A stretch of DNA of 21,371 nucleotides from an uncultured Nitrospiraceae bacterium (GTDB lineage: Bacteria; Nitrospirota; Thermodesulfovibrionia; Thermodesulfovibrionales; Dissulfurispiraceae). The stretch covers positions 1 through 21,371 of the forward strand of contig CAMTVO010000044.1 in the NCBI GenBank assembly GCA_947085205.1, written 5' to 3'. The notes under the pieces were generated by a model that had not been told where the DNA came from, did not search any database, and was given only the letters and a program-made list of their open reading frames with translations. The position numbers were made by a program, and so were the translations under genes. Shown here piece by piece: positions 9,792 to 17,347 of the stretch. Each line of letters begins with the position of its first letter. The first letter of the stretch is position 1.

Positions 9792-11143
9792 ATCTTGATC
9801 CTCTTTTTAATCCAAAGAACATCGCCCTTATTGGCGCTGCCCATACTATTGAAAAGCTGGGAGGCGTGATACTTAAAAATCTCCTGAAATTCAAAGGCAG
9901 GGTATATCCTGTTAATCCTAAATACACGGAAGTCATGGGCTTAAAGGCATATCCGTCCATCAATGATTTGCCGGAAACAGTGGATTTGTCTGTAATTATA
10001 AGGCCTGCCTCGGAAGTTTGTGAAATTCTTAAGGAACATAAAGATAAAGCCAGATGCGTGATTATTGCCAGCTCAGGTTTTGCGGAAATAGGAGAGACCG
10101 GACTTCAGGATGAGGTAAAAAAGATAGGAAAAGAGATAGGGATTAGAATCCTCGGGCCGAACTGCATGGGATTATACAATCCATATCAAAGGCTTGATAC
10201 ATTTTTTCTACCGTATGAAAGGCTTCAAAGACCTAAGAAAGGCAATGTGGCTGTTGTATCCCAAAGCGGTGCAATTCTGAGTTGTATCCTCGGAGCAGTA
10301 AGAGCATCAAATACAGGCATATCAAAGGCTATAGGTTATGGAAATGCCATAGATATTGACGAGTCGGATTTATACGAATATTTTGCGGAAGATAAAGATA
10401 CAGATATAGTGATTTCCTATGTGGAATCTTTGGGTGATGGAAGAAAGTTTATAGAAAGGGCGAAGATGTTGTCAGAAAAAAAATCCCTCCTCATCCTCAA
10501 AGCAGGCAAGGGTGTAAGCGGACAGGCTGCAGCATTTTCCCATACAGGGAGGCTTGCAGGGAAATACGAGGTCTTTCATTCAATCCTGAAGCAGTTCAGA
10601 ATAAAGGAGGCAAGGGACTTTGATGAATTGATTGATGCAACAAAGGCATTATCATTTCAGGGTCAAGGGTCAAGGGTCAAGGGTCAAGAAAGAATTAGTA
10701 ATCGTGTTTGTATCATAACAAACGGCGGCGGCTCAGGCGTGCTGGCTGCTGATGAGTGCATGAGACAGGGGCTTGAGGTTGCAAAATTACCGGATGATAA
10801 GGCAGAAAAACTCAGACATGTATTCCCATATTTTTACGGGATCAATAATCCCATTGACCTCACTGCCCAGGTGAGGGATGAAGATTATATTACGGCACTG
10901 AATGAACTCAAGGATGATTATGACAGCTTTTTAATTATTGCACTTCCAAATGTATATGGAATAACAGAAAGGCTTGCAGAGATGATAAAGGTTGCTAAAG
11001 CAGGTATAAACAAGCCATTAGTTTTCCATATTCCTGCCAATGGTGTGGCAAAAAGACTGATTTCCCTTCTCGAAAAAATAAAAATACCTGTTTACCCCTC
11101 ACCTGAAAGGGCAGTGAAGGGATTAAAGGCAATTTTGAAATAA
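9788..11143 (+). CDS. Acetate-CoA ligase (ADP-forming) alpha-subunit-like CoA-binding protein
   Basis: IALIGA, YPVNP, GPNCMG, SQSGA, phospho-His motif SHTG, TNGGG.GVLAAD, NNPIDL; no ATP-grasp or GNAT domain; ATGA overlap with pdhC. Confidence 0.85.
   Translation: MNLDPLFNPKNIALIGAAHTIEKLGGVILKNLLKFKGRVYPVNPKYTEVMGLKAYPSINDLPETVDLSVIIRPASEVCEILKEHKDKARCVIIASSGFAEIGETGLQDEVKKIGKEIGIRILGPNCMGLYNPYQRLDTFFLPYERLQRPKKGNVAVVSQSGAILSCILGAVRASNTGISKAIGYGNAIDIDESDLYEYFAEDKDTDIVISYVESLGDGRKFIERAKMLSEKKSLLILKAGKGVSGQAAAFSHTGRLAGKYEVFHSILKQFRIKEARDFDELIDATKALSFQGQGSRVKGQERISNRVCIITNGGGSGVLAADECMRQGLEVAKLPDDKAEKLRHVFPYFYGINNPIDLTAQVRDEDYITALNELKDDYDSFLIIALPNVYGITERLAEMIKVAKAGINKPLVFHIPANGVAKRLISLLEKIKIPVYPSPERAVKGLKAILK
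10660..10687 (+). repeat. Heptamer tandem repeat (GGGTCAA)x4 inside the ACD alpha gene
   Basis: Four perfect units; encodes GQGSRVKGQ in an inter-domain linker. Confidence 0.9.
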
Positions 11144-11203
11144 TAAAAAATCTCCCTCTCAGACCACAAAACGGGTATGACCCGAAAGGGAGATTTTTTA
11201 TTA
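11141..11203. terminator. Bidirectional intrinsic terminator with an internal hairpin
   Basis: Perfect 17-bp inverted repeat TAATAAAAAATCTCCCT (11141-11157) / AGGGAGATTTTTTATTA (11187-11203) between convergent genes; the loop contains CGGGT-ATG-ACCCG. Confidence 0.8.
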
Positions 11204-11216
11204 AGACAGAGGATGT

Positions 11217-11306
11217 CTACTTCTTCTTTGCTGTCTTTTTTGCGGTTGTCTTTTTCGCAGTTGCCTTCTTGGCTGTGCCGCATGGTCCCTTTGACTTACA
11301 TGCCAT
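11217..11306 (-). CDS. 29-aa Lys/Ala/Thr-rich peptide MACKSKGPCGTAKKATAKKTTAKKTAKKK (absent from ORF track)
   Basis: Translated by hand. RBS GGGAGGTGA (11322-11314) lies 7 nt before the ATG; promoter upstream and terminator directly downstream. Confidence 0.8.
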   Translation of the reverse strand: MACKSKGPCGTAKKATAKKTTAKKTAKKK

Positions 11307-11343
11307 CAGATAATCACCTCCCTCTATCGATTTAATATATTCA

Positions 11344-11372
11344 AATATATCATTTTTTAAAACGTATTTGAA
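11344..11372 (-). promoter_or_regulatory. Sigma-70-type promoter of the small Lys-rich peptide gene
   Basis: Minus strand TTCAAA-17 nt-TATATT with extended TG; overlapped by the inverted repeat TTCAAATA (11340-11347) / TATTTGAA (11365-11372). Confidence 0.55.
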
Positions 11373-11380
11373 GTATCCAT

Positions 11381-11445
11381 GATAGTGCTCGGTACTATCG
11401 CTCTATTATCGCACTGTCGTGCTGTCGAGCTATTTTACTATTTTG
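11381..11445. repeat. Degenerate octamer tandem array (CTRTCGNN-like) with one inverted unit
   Basis: CTATCGCT, TTATCGCA, CTGTCGTG, CTGTCGAG, CTATTTTA, CTATTTTG at 11395-11445; GATAGT at 11381 pairs with ACTATC at 11394. Confidence 0.55.
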
Positions 11446-11455
11446 TAGGGAAAAC

Positions 11456-12805
11456 TTAATATTTCAGCTTTTTTCTGAGTGTTAAGCGGTTTATGCCCAA
11501 AATACGCGCAGCTTCTGATTGGTTTTCCTTCGTGTAGGACAAAATATAATCAAAAACGGATTTATCCACTTCATTATGAATCTTCTCGTAGATATTCTTA
11601 TTCTTTCTTTCAAGGGCTTCTTTTATAAAAGGTATTAAGATGGAGGCAAGATTTTCTGAAAACGTGTTTTTTTCTGTAACTAAAGGAGGATGGCTTCCCA
11701 GTTCTTTAAGTTCATATGTTGTGAGGCAGTTTGTCTTACTAAGGGCAATGGCAGAACGGATAGCGTTTTCAAGCTCACGGATATTTCCAGTCCAGTCATA
11801 GGAAATCAATTTTTTCAGAAATGCCATGGTAAAGCCCTTAAGAGGCCTTGGCACTGTGTGTCGGTATTTGTTAATAAAAAAGTGTAGGAGAGGAGTAATA
11901 TCCTCCTTGCGTTCACGAAGAGGGGGTATATGTATTGTTGTAACACGCAATCTGTGGTATAAATCCGCCCTGAATTTTCCTTCCTTAACCATGACTGATA
12001 GATCTCTATTTGTAGCAGAAATGACCCTGACATTGACCTGAGCCTCTTTTGTGCTGCCAAGCGGATAAAAGGTCTGTGTTTGTAAAAAGCGCAGAAGTTT
12101 GGCCTGCAGTGATAAAGGCAGTTCTCCCACCTCGTCAAGGAAAACGCACCCTTCATCAGCAATCTTAAGAATTCCCTCTTTTGCAGAAACCGCACCTGTG
12201 AAGGACCCTTTCTCAAATCCGAACAATTCTGACTCAAGGAGAGTTTCTGGAACGGCAGCACAGTTAACTACTACAAATGGTTTGCCAAATCGCGAGGAGA
12301 GTTGTGCAATGGCCTCAGCAACGAGTTCCTTTCCAGTCCCTGTCTCGCCAGTAATAAGTACAGGAGCGTCTACCTGTGCTAATCGGGATATTTTCTTGCA
12401 TGCATCCATAATGATAGTGGAATGTCCTACTATTGCACATGTAGGTGTAGGCGGCAGGCTTGTAACAGGGATAATGTTTTTTATCTCATTGCTTAGATCT
12501 TCCAATTCCTGAAGCGTCTTAAGGACGACATCCTTACTTAGGGGACGATGTATGATCTCGTATGCTCCAAAAGTTGTAGCTTCCATTACAGGCCCTGTTA
12601 TTTTCTGCCTTGTAATTGCGATTACGAGGGCTTTATCGCGAAGTTCTTTTATGAGGCCTGGTCTTATTGTATCCAGGTCAAAAAATACAAAGGCATTTTT
12701 ATCCATGGCTGTACGACTGGATAGCTTAAAGCCCTTTTGGAGCATATCCGATAGCTCTCTTCTTAAAGAATTATCTTTTGTAAGCAGGACTATTTTCCCC
12801 ATCAT
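11456..12805 (-). CDS. Sigma-54-dependent transcriptional activator (NtrC/Fis family) with an atypical receiver-like N-terminus
   Basis: Walker A GETGTGKE, ESELFGFEKGSFTGA, Walker B FLDEVGE, FRADLYHRL, WTGNIREL, C-terminal HTH NQSEAARILGINRLTLRKKL. Confidence 0.93.
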   Translation of the reverse strand: MMGKIVLLTKDNSLRRELSDMLQKGFKLSSRTAMDKNAFVFFDLDTIRPGLIKELRDKALVIAITRQKITGPVMEATTFGAYEIIHRPLSKDVVLKTLQELEDLSNEIKNIIPVTSLPPTPTCAIVGHSTIIMDACKKISRLAQVDAPVLITGETGTGKELVAEAIAQLSSRFGKPFVVVNCAAVPETLLESELFGFEKGSFTGAVSAKEGILKIADEGCVFLDEVGELPLSLQAKLLRFLQTQTFYPLGSTKEAQVNVRVISATNRDLSVMVKEGKFRADLYHRLRVTTIHIPPLRERKEDITPLLHFFINKYRHTVPRPLKGFTMAFLKKLISYDWTGNIRELENAIRSAIALSKTNCLTTYELKELGSHPPLVTEKNTFSENLASILIPFIKEALERKNKNIYEKIHNEVDKSVFDYILSYTKENQSEAARILGINRLTLRKKLKY

Positions 12806-12900
12806 CTCATCCTTGTATAAATACTATACAGAATGATTACAAATTAATCAAACTGCTTTATTCATTCACTTTCAAATGCCCTTTCCCCAATGTTTTGCGT

Positions 12901-12917
12901 TTGGCATGCAGATTGCT
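12901..12917 (+). promoter_or_regulatory. Sigma-54 (-24/-12) promoter
   Basis: TTGGCATGCAGATTGCT: GG at 12903-12904 and GC at 12915-12916 with exact N10 spacing; divergent from a sigma-54 activator gene. Confidence 0.8.
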
Positions 12918-12959
12918 TTTATTTAATGTTAAATGAAATATTGAATTTGTAAGGAGGGC

Positions 12960-13352
12960 ATGAAAAGTATGTTAGAAGCAAAAATGTACGGACTCTGCAT
13001 GGAGAGGCTCAAATATCAGATAAGCAGTGCTAAACAGAGGGTAAAAAACGAGCCTCATAAATATAAAGGATATTTTCTGCTTGAGTGCTACAACACAGGT
13101 GACTTGGATGATATTATAGACATCCTTGAGCTTTATGATATAGAAGAAAGGACATTTGACGGAGTTAGAGAGAAGCTGGAAGAACTGGCGTATACGGTTT
13201 CCGTGCTTACCCGGGAGACATTATTTTTTGATTTCACACAAAACGGGCATCTGGGCCTTTATTTGTTGCTCATCGACAAATTAACCGAAAAACCGAGGGA
13301 GACAGTTTATCCCATGCCAGCGGAACAGTGTATTCATGAAAAAGAATGGTAA
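12960..13352 (+). CDS. Hypothetical protein, 130 aa
   Basis: Strong RBS AAGGAGG and a sigma-54 promoter upstream; no family recognised. Confidence 0.75.
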   Translation: MKSMLEAKMYGLCMERLKYQISSAKQRVKNEPHKYKGYFLLECYNTGDLDDIIDILELYDIEERTFDGVREKLEELAYTVSVLTRETLFFDFTQNGHLGLYLLLIDKLTEKPRETVYPMPAEQCIHEKEW

Positions 13353-13376
13353 TTTAAAAGTGACAGGTTGTGCGTT

Positions 13377-13403
13377 TGTCATTCTGAGCGTACCGAAGAA
13401 TCT
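13377..13403 (+). repeat. Possible half of a REP-like dispersed repeat
   Basis: TGTCATTCTGAGCGTACCGAAGAATCT resembles a GTCATTCTGAGCGAAGCGAAGAATCT-type intergenic repeat recalled from other bacterial genomes; single copy here and no clear inverted partner. Confidence 0.45.
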
Positions 13404-13432
13404 CGTTTTTAAGAGTCAGCAATACAAAGGCT

Positions 13433-13612
13433 TTAAGTGCTTATTTTGTTGATTCCGGCCCTGTAAAGCTCTGCCTCATACGCAGCATAGTTCATTCCGA
13501 GGCCTATGAATGCGGTTATCAGAGGGCTCAATGATATGCCTATATTTGGAAGGCCGTAATACAGAATATAGAGTTGTATAAGCAGCGGTGTCACCCTTAT
13601 TTGCTGAATAAT
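13433..13612 (-). pseudogene. Internal fragment of a polar amino acid ABC transporter permease (HisM/GlnP family)
   Basis: Manual translation IRVTPLLIQLYILYYGLPNIGISLSPLITAFIGLGMNYAAYEAELYRAGI matches the family pattern RGTPLLxQL...YYGLP...AYxAExxRAGI; bounded by in-frame stops on both sides. Confidence 0.85.
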
Positions 13613-13623
13613 TTAGGTCCGGT

Positions 13624-13652
13624 TCGCAAAATCATAAAAATCAGGATATAAT
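13624..13652 (+). promoter_or_regulatory. Sigma-70-type promoter of the ACD beta gene
   Basis: TCGCAA-17 nt-TATAAT (13647-13652); ATG 10 nt downstream; no clear SD. Confidence 0.55.
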
Positions 13653-13662
13653 TATAAACGAG

Positions 13663-14316
13663 ATGCTAAGGGATTTCATAGAGAAGAATAGAGGCAAGAG
13701 AGTCCTTGAACACGAAGTCAAAGGACTGTTGAGGATGATGGGCTTTTCTGTTCCTAATGGAATATTTGTGAAGTCTGGCGAGGGATTGCCTTCATTGGAC
13801 TTAATCTATCCCCTTGTTGCAAAAGTCTCTTCATCAAAAATAATCTCAAAGAGCGATGTAAAGGGAATAAAGCTCGGGATAAAAAATGAGAATGAATTGA
13901 AGGGCGCTGTTTCTGAACTTATGCAGATTGAACATGCAGAAGGAGTTCTGATAGAAGAGATGGCTCCGCAGGGGCTTGAGGTTATTGTGGGAGGTGTGAT
14001 TGATGCGCAGTTCGGCTCTGTTGTTATGTTCGGCCTTGGAGGAGTTTTTGTGGAGTTGTTCAAGGATGTCTCATTCGGCCTTGCGCCGCTTAATAAAGAT
14101 AATGCCTTGTGGTTGATAAATCAGATTAAGGGTTACAGGCTTTTAGAGGGCTATCGGGGAAGTCCCGCTGTGAATATCGATGCCCTAATAAACATAATTG
14201 TTTCTGTCTCAGAAATGATGGCGACTAATCCGATTAAAGAGATAGACCTGAATCCCATTGCCCTTTATCCTGATGGAGCAATTATACTGGATGCAAAGAT
14301 GGAGATTTTTTCGTAA
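13663..14316 (+). CDS. Acetate-CoA ligase (ADP-forming) beta-subunit-like ATP-grasp protein
   Basis: LEHEVKGLL, YPLVAKV, KSDV, GVLIEEM, GLEVIVG, VMFGLGGVFVELFKDVSF, EIDLNP, LDAK. Confidence 0.88.
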   Translation: MLRDFIEKNRGKRVLEHEVKGLLRMMGFSVPNGIFVKSGEGLPSLDLIYPLVAKVSSSKIISKSDVKGIKLGIKNENELKGAVSELMQIEHAEGVLIEEMAPQGLEVIVGGVIDAQFGSVVMFGLGGVFVELFKDVSFGLAPLNKDNALWLINQIKGYRLLEGYRGSPAVNIDALINIIVSVSEMMATNPIKEIDLNPIALYPDGAIILDAKMEIFS

Positions 14317-15037
14317 CCCCGTATTTCTTTCTTGCCTCGTTTATCTTTCCGCAAGTGTATTCACCTTCGGGGCATGGCGCATAGAGGCAGCCGGGGCCTG
14401 CTTTTTCGAATATGACGGGAGAGGTTTTTTTAACAAGCTTCAGCATTTCATCGGCCATCTGCCTTATCTCCCATTGTGCGCGGTTGCAGCATCTCATCCT
14501 GAAGAAGTGCAGGAGTTCCCTTGCATTCATGGTGACCATAATCTTTGTCTCTGCTGCATTGGGAAGCACAAACCTTGCATCCTGATTTGCTGCTTCTCCT
14601 TTTATGCCTTTTTCATTAAGCCTTTTTACGATATGGTTGTATGCCTTTTGCGCCTCTGTCATAAATGCTTCAAAATATCTCTTGAGTTCTTTGTCCTCCT
14701 TGATTACCGGTGGAATTATATAATCAAAACCTGTTTCTTCGCTCACATATCTCTGCGATTGCTGGGAGTATGATGCAAGCCTGTGTCTTACAAGCTGATG
14801 GGAGCATGCCCTCGAAATGCCCTCAATTGCGAAGGTGAAGGATGAGTGCTCAATTGGGCTCATGTGACCCATTTTCATGAGTTTCTCTACGAATGCCTTC
14901 TGGTCTTTTGCTTCTATCTTCTCTTTTAGCGCCCCGATGTCAGAAGGGCTGTAGCAGAGCTTCGCAGCCATTGCCACTGTTTCTTCTGGATTTGGCGTGT
15001 GGCGGAGTAGAATTACTTTTAATTTTACTTCCGACAT
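14282..15037 (-). CDS. thyX: FAD-dependent thymidylate synthase
   Basis: ThyX signature RHRLASYSQQSQR, GHMSPIEH, DARFVLP, AQWEIR; GGAGGA RBS. Confidence 0.97.
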   Translation of the reverse strand: MSEVKLKVILLRHTPNPEETVAMAAKLCYSPSDIGALKEKIEAKDQKAFVEKLMKMGHMSPIEHSSFTFAIEGISRACSHQLVRHRLASYSQQSQRYVSEETGFDYIIPPVIKEDKELKRYFEAFMTEAQKAYNHIVKRLNEKGIKGEAANQDARFVLPNAAETKIMVTMNARELLHFFRMRCCNRAQWEIRQMADEMLKLVKKTSPVIFEKAGPGCLYAPCPEGEYTCGKINEARKKYGVTKKSPSLHPV

Positions 15038-15083
15038 CTTGTTTTATCCTCCAGCATTCAATATTCTAAAATCCTAAATCCCA

Positions 15084-16199
15084 TTATCTTCCCATTATCT
15101 GAATATATTTTGCTATGCCGTTTCTTGTTATAAGACCGATTACACTGCCTCTATCCATTACCACCAGTCTCCCTTTGTCTTCCATAATCATCAGTTCCAG
15201 CGCCTTCATGACATCATCATCTTCGGAAACCTCCCATTTTTTATCATGGGGTACAAAGATTTTGGATATCATGACATCCTTCCATTTTTCCTTTGGGACA
15301 TTTTTTATCTCTTTTAATGTTATGAATCCGAGGAATTTTCCGTCATCCACCACCGGGAAACCGCCGTATCCGTATTTCAGGAAATACTCATTGACCGCCG
15401 TGTCTATTGTCAGATTTAAGGACATTGTTATGATGTCCCTTACCATGATGTTTTTGACCTTGATGCCGCTAAGGGTTTCCTGAAGGCTTGCCTGCTGATA
15501 GCTTGCCTGCGCTGCTGAATAGAGAAACCAGCCTATCAGCATCAGCCATAATCCGCCCGGAAATCCTGCAAATATTGAGAATATTCCGAAAATTATGAAA
15601 AACATTGCGATTTTTAAGCCGTAATTCGATGCCTTGCGTGTTGCATAAAAGAAGTCGTTGGTCTTTCTCCAGAGAAACGCCCTTACCACCCTTCCGCCGT
15701 CCATGGGAAAGCCCGGAATCAGATTAAATGCTCCGAGTATGAGGTTAAGTTGTGCGAGATATGCAAAAAGCGCTTTTGTAACCTGTGTTGTCGCTATAGT
15801 ATAAGCAATGCCGAAAACCATTGCCAGAAAAAAGCTGGACAATGGCCCTGCAATGGCTATCCTGAATTCGGCCTTCGGATTCGGCGGCTCACCCTTCATC
15901 TGTGCCACGCCTCCGAAGATGAATAATGTGATATTGATAATTGGCAGCTTGTATTTCATGGCAACAAAGGAATGGGATAGTTCATGAAACGCAACGGACA
16001 TGAAAAGAAGCAGCGCTGCAATTGTACCGTTTATCCAGTAAGATGCAGCAGGCAATTGGGGCGCAGCCTTTGGAAAATAGAACGTGGACAACGACCATGT
16101 TATGAGTCCGAAGATAATTAGCCATGAGAAGTGAATCCTAATGGGTATTCCCATGATTGTAGCTATTTTTAGAGAGCCTGCATGGAGCGACATGTTCAT
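15084..16199 (-). CDS. Site-2 (M50) membrane metalloprotease with C-terminal CBS pair
   Basis: GIPIRIHFSW, HELSH (HExxH), IAIAGP, FNLIPGFPMDGGR, two CBS domains. True start at ATG 16199 (or 16193), not 16751. Confidence 0.93.
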   Translation of the reverse strand: MNMSLHAGSLKIATIMGIPIRIHFSWLIIFGLITWSLSTFYFPKAAPQLPAASYWINGTIAALLLFMSVAFHELSHSFVAMKYKLPIINITLFIFGGVAQMKGEPPNPKAEFRIAIAGPLSSFFLAMVFGIAYTIATTQVTKALFAYLAQLNLILGAFNLIPGFPMDGGRVVRAFLWRKTNDFFYATRKASNYGLKIAMFFIIFGIFSIFAGFPGGLWLMLIGWFLYSAAQASYQQASLQETLSGIKVKNIMVRDIITMSLNLTIDTAVNEYFLKYGYGGFPVVDDGKFLGFITLKEIKNVPKEKWKDVMISKIFVPHDKKWEVSEDDDVMKALELMIMEDKGRLVVMDRGSVIGLITRNGIAKYIQIMGR

Positions 16200-16206
16200 A
16201 AAAGGT

Positions 16207-16215
16207 ATTATACCA
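16207..16215 (-). promoter_or_regulatory. Extended -10 promoter of the M50 protease gene (predicted leaderless)
   Basis: Minus strand TG-G-TATAAT, 7 nt before ATG 16199; no SD. Confidence 0.65.
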
Positions 16216-16260
16216 CTGTTTGCCTTGATAATATCCTGAAAATTTGTTTTTATAGTGGAT

Positions 16261-17274
16261 ATGATTAAAAAGATTATTCTCGGAATTGCCATAATCCTGC
16301 TTTTATCAATAGCAGGGCTTATTTTATTTTTTCCCCTCGATTCTTTTGTAAAAGAAAGAGTTGACAAAGCACTCGGCCCTGACATCTCCATTAAAAACTT
16401 AAAGATAGGATGGAGCAGCATAGCGGCAGATGATATTCTTGTGAAAACACCTGCCGGGACTGATTTCCTCTCAATAAAGCATCTTAGGCTTAAGCCATAT
16501 CTGTGGGGACTTTTAAGAAAGAAGCTGGATATTAAGGAAATAGAAATGGATTCACCGCTCCTCGTTATTAAACGGACTAAAGGCGGCAGATGGCTTTTCC
16601 CTGAGCTTAAAAAGAGAGAGGACGGGAAGTCATCGGTAGAGCTTATTGTTAAAACTTTCAGGGTAAATAACGGAAATGTAATTATCGAAGATGACCTTAA
16701 AGGATTTAATTTAAATCTAACCGATGTGGCTATCGATATGAAGAGCAGCATATCCCTTCGTCAATCAGGCAAAACCAATATCAATGCCTCTGCAAAACTG
16801 CCCAATGCTGGAAGGGCTATATTAAAATCTGAAGGGAACATGCTTGGTGTTAATTTCAAGGGAATTTTGTCCATAAAGGACATGGACATGACTCTATTAA
16901 GACCATACATGAAGAGCGATGTAAAGGTTAAGAGGGGAAGGTTGAATCTCGATTCGAATTTCAGTCTTGATAAAGGATATGTGAAGTTTCCTTCAATGCT
17001 GAGGCTCAGGGATATGGATATAGAAACAAGGGGTCTTTTAATGGGCATATCCGCTCCCCTTGTGATAGAGCTTATTAAGAAAAAAGGAGAGATCGCCTTA
17101 AGCTTTAATGTATGGGGCAAGTGGAACGATCTCCAGCATGACTTAAAAGAATCGTTTAAGAAAAAGGTTTCTGAGGAGCTGGGAAGGGCTATTGCCTCAC
17201 CTTTACAGGAGGCTGCAAAGCCATTGGAGGATGTGATGAAAGGCATAGGCGGCCTTCTGCATGGAGTAAAGTAA
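16261..17274 (+). CDS. AsmA-like / DUF748-type envelope protein with N-terminal membrane anchor
   Basis: MIKK followed by a hydrophobic helix; beta-rich body with LxLKPxLWGLLRKKLDIKEIEMDSP, typical of AsmA N-termini. Confidence 0.65.
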   Translation: MIKKIILGIAIILLLSIAGLILFFPLDSFVKERVDKALGPDISIKNLKIGWSSIAADDILVKTPAGTDFLSIKHLRLKPYLWGLLRKKLDIKEIEMDSPLLVIKRTKGGRWLFPELKKREDGKSSVELIVKTFRVNNGNVIIEDDLKGFNLNLTDVAIDMKSSISLRQSGKTNINASAKLPNAGRAILKSEGNMLGVNFKGILSIKDMDMTLLRPYMKSDVKVKRGRLNLDSNFSLDKGYVKFPSMLRLRDMDIETRGLLMGISAPLVIELIKKKGEIALSFNVWGKWNDLQHDLKESFKKKVSEELGRAIASPLQEAAKPLEDVMKGIGGLLHGVK

Positions 17275-17347
17275 AACTAAAAAGGCAGCGGTATCGGGTA
17301 AGGCTAACCTGATGCAAAATGTCTGGGTCTCCGAGGGGCAAAGTTGC

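Noticed and set aside
11092..11283. 63-aa minus-strand ORF MRHSQEGNC...
   Set aside because: Alternative frame of the 29-aa peptide gene; it has no RBS and runs through the terminator into acdA.
15056..15083. Weak periodic sequence ATTCTAAAATCCTAAATCCC between thyX and the M50 gene
   Set aside because: Too short and degenerate to separate from AT-rich intergenic background.
16200..16751. N-terminal 184 aa of the 555-aa ORF 15084..16751
   Set aside because: Antisense shadow of the AsmA-like gene. M50 similarity starts near 16199, where an extended -10 promoter sits.
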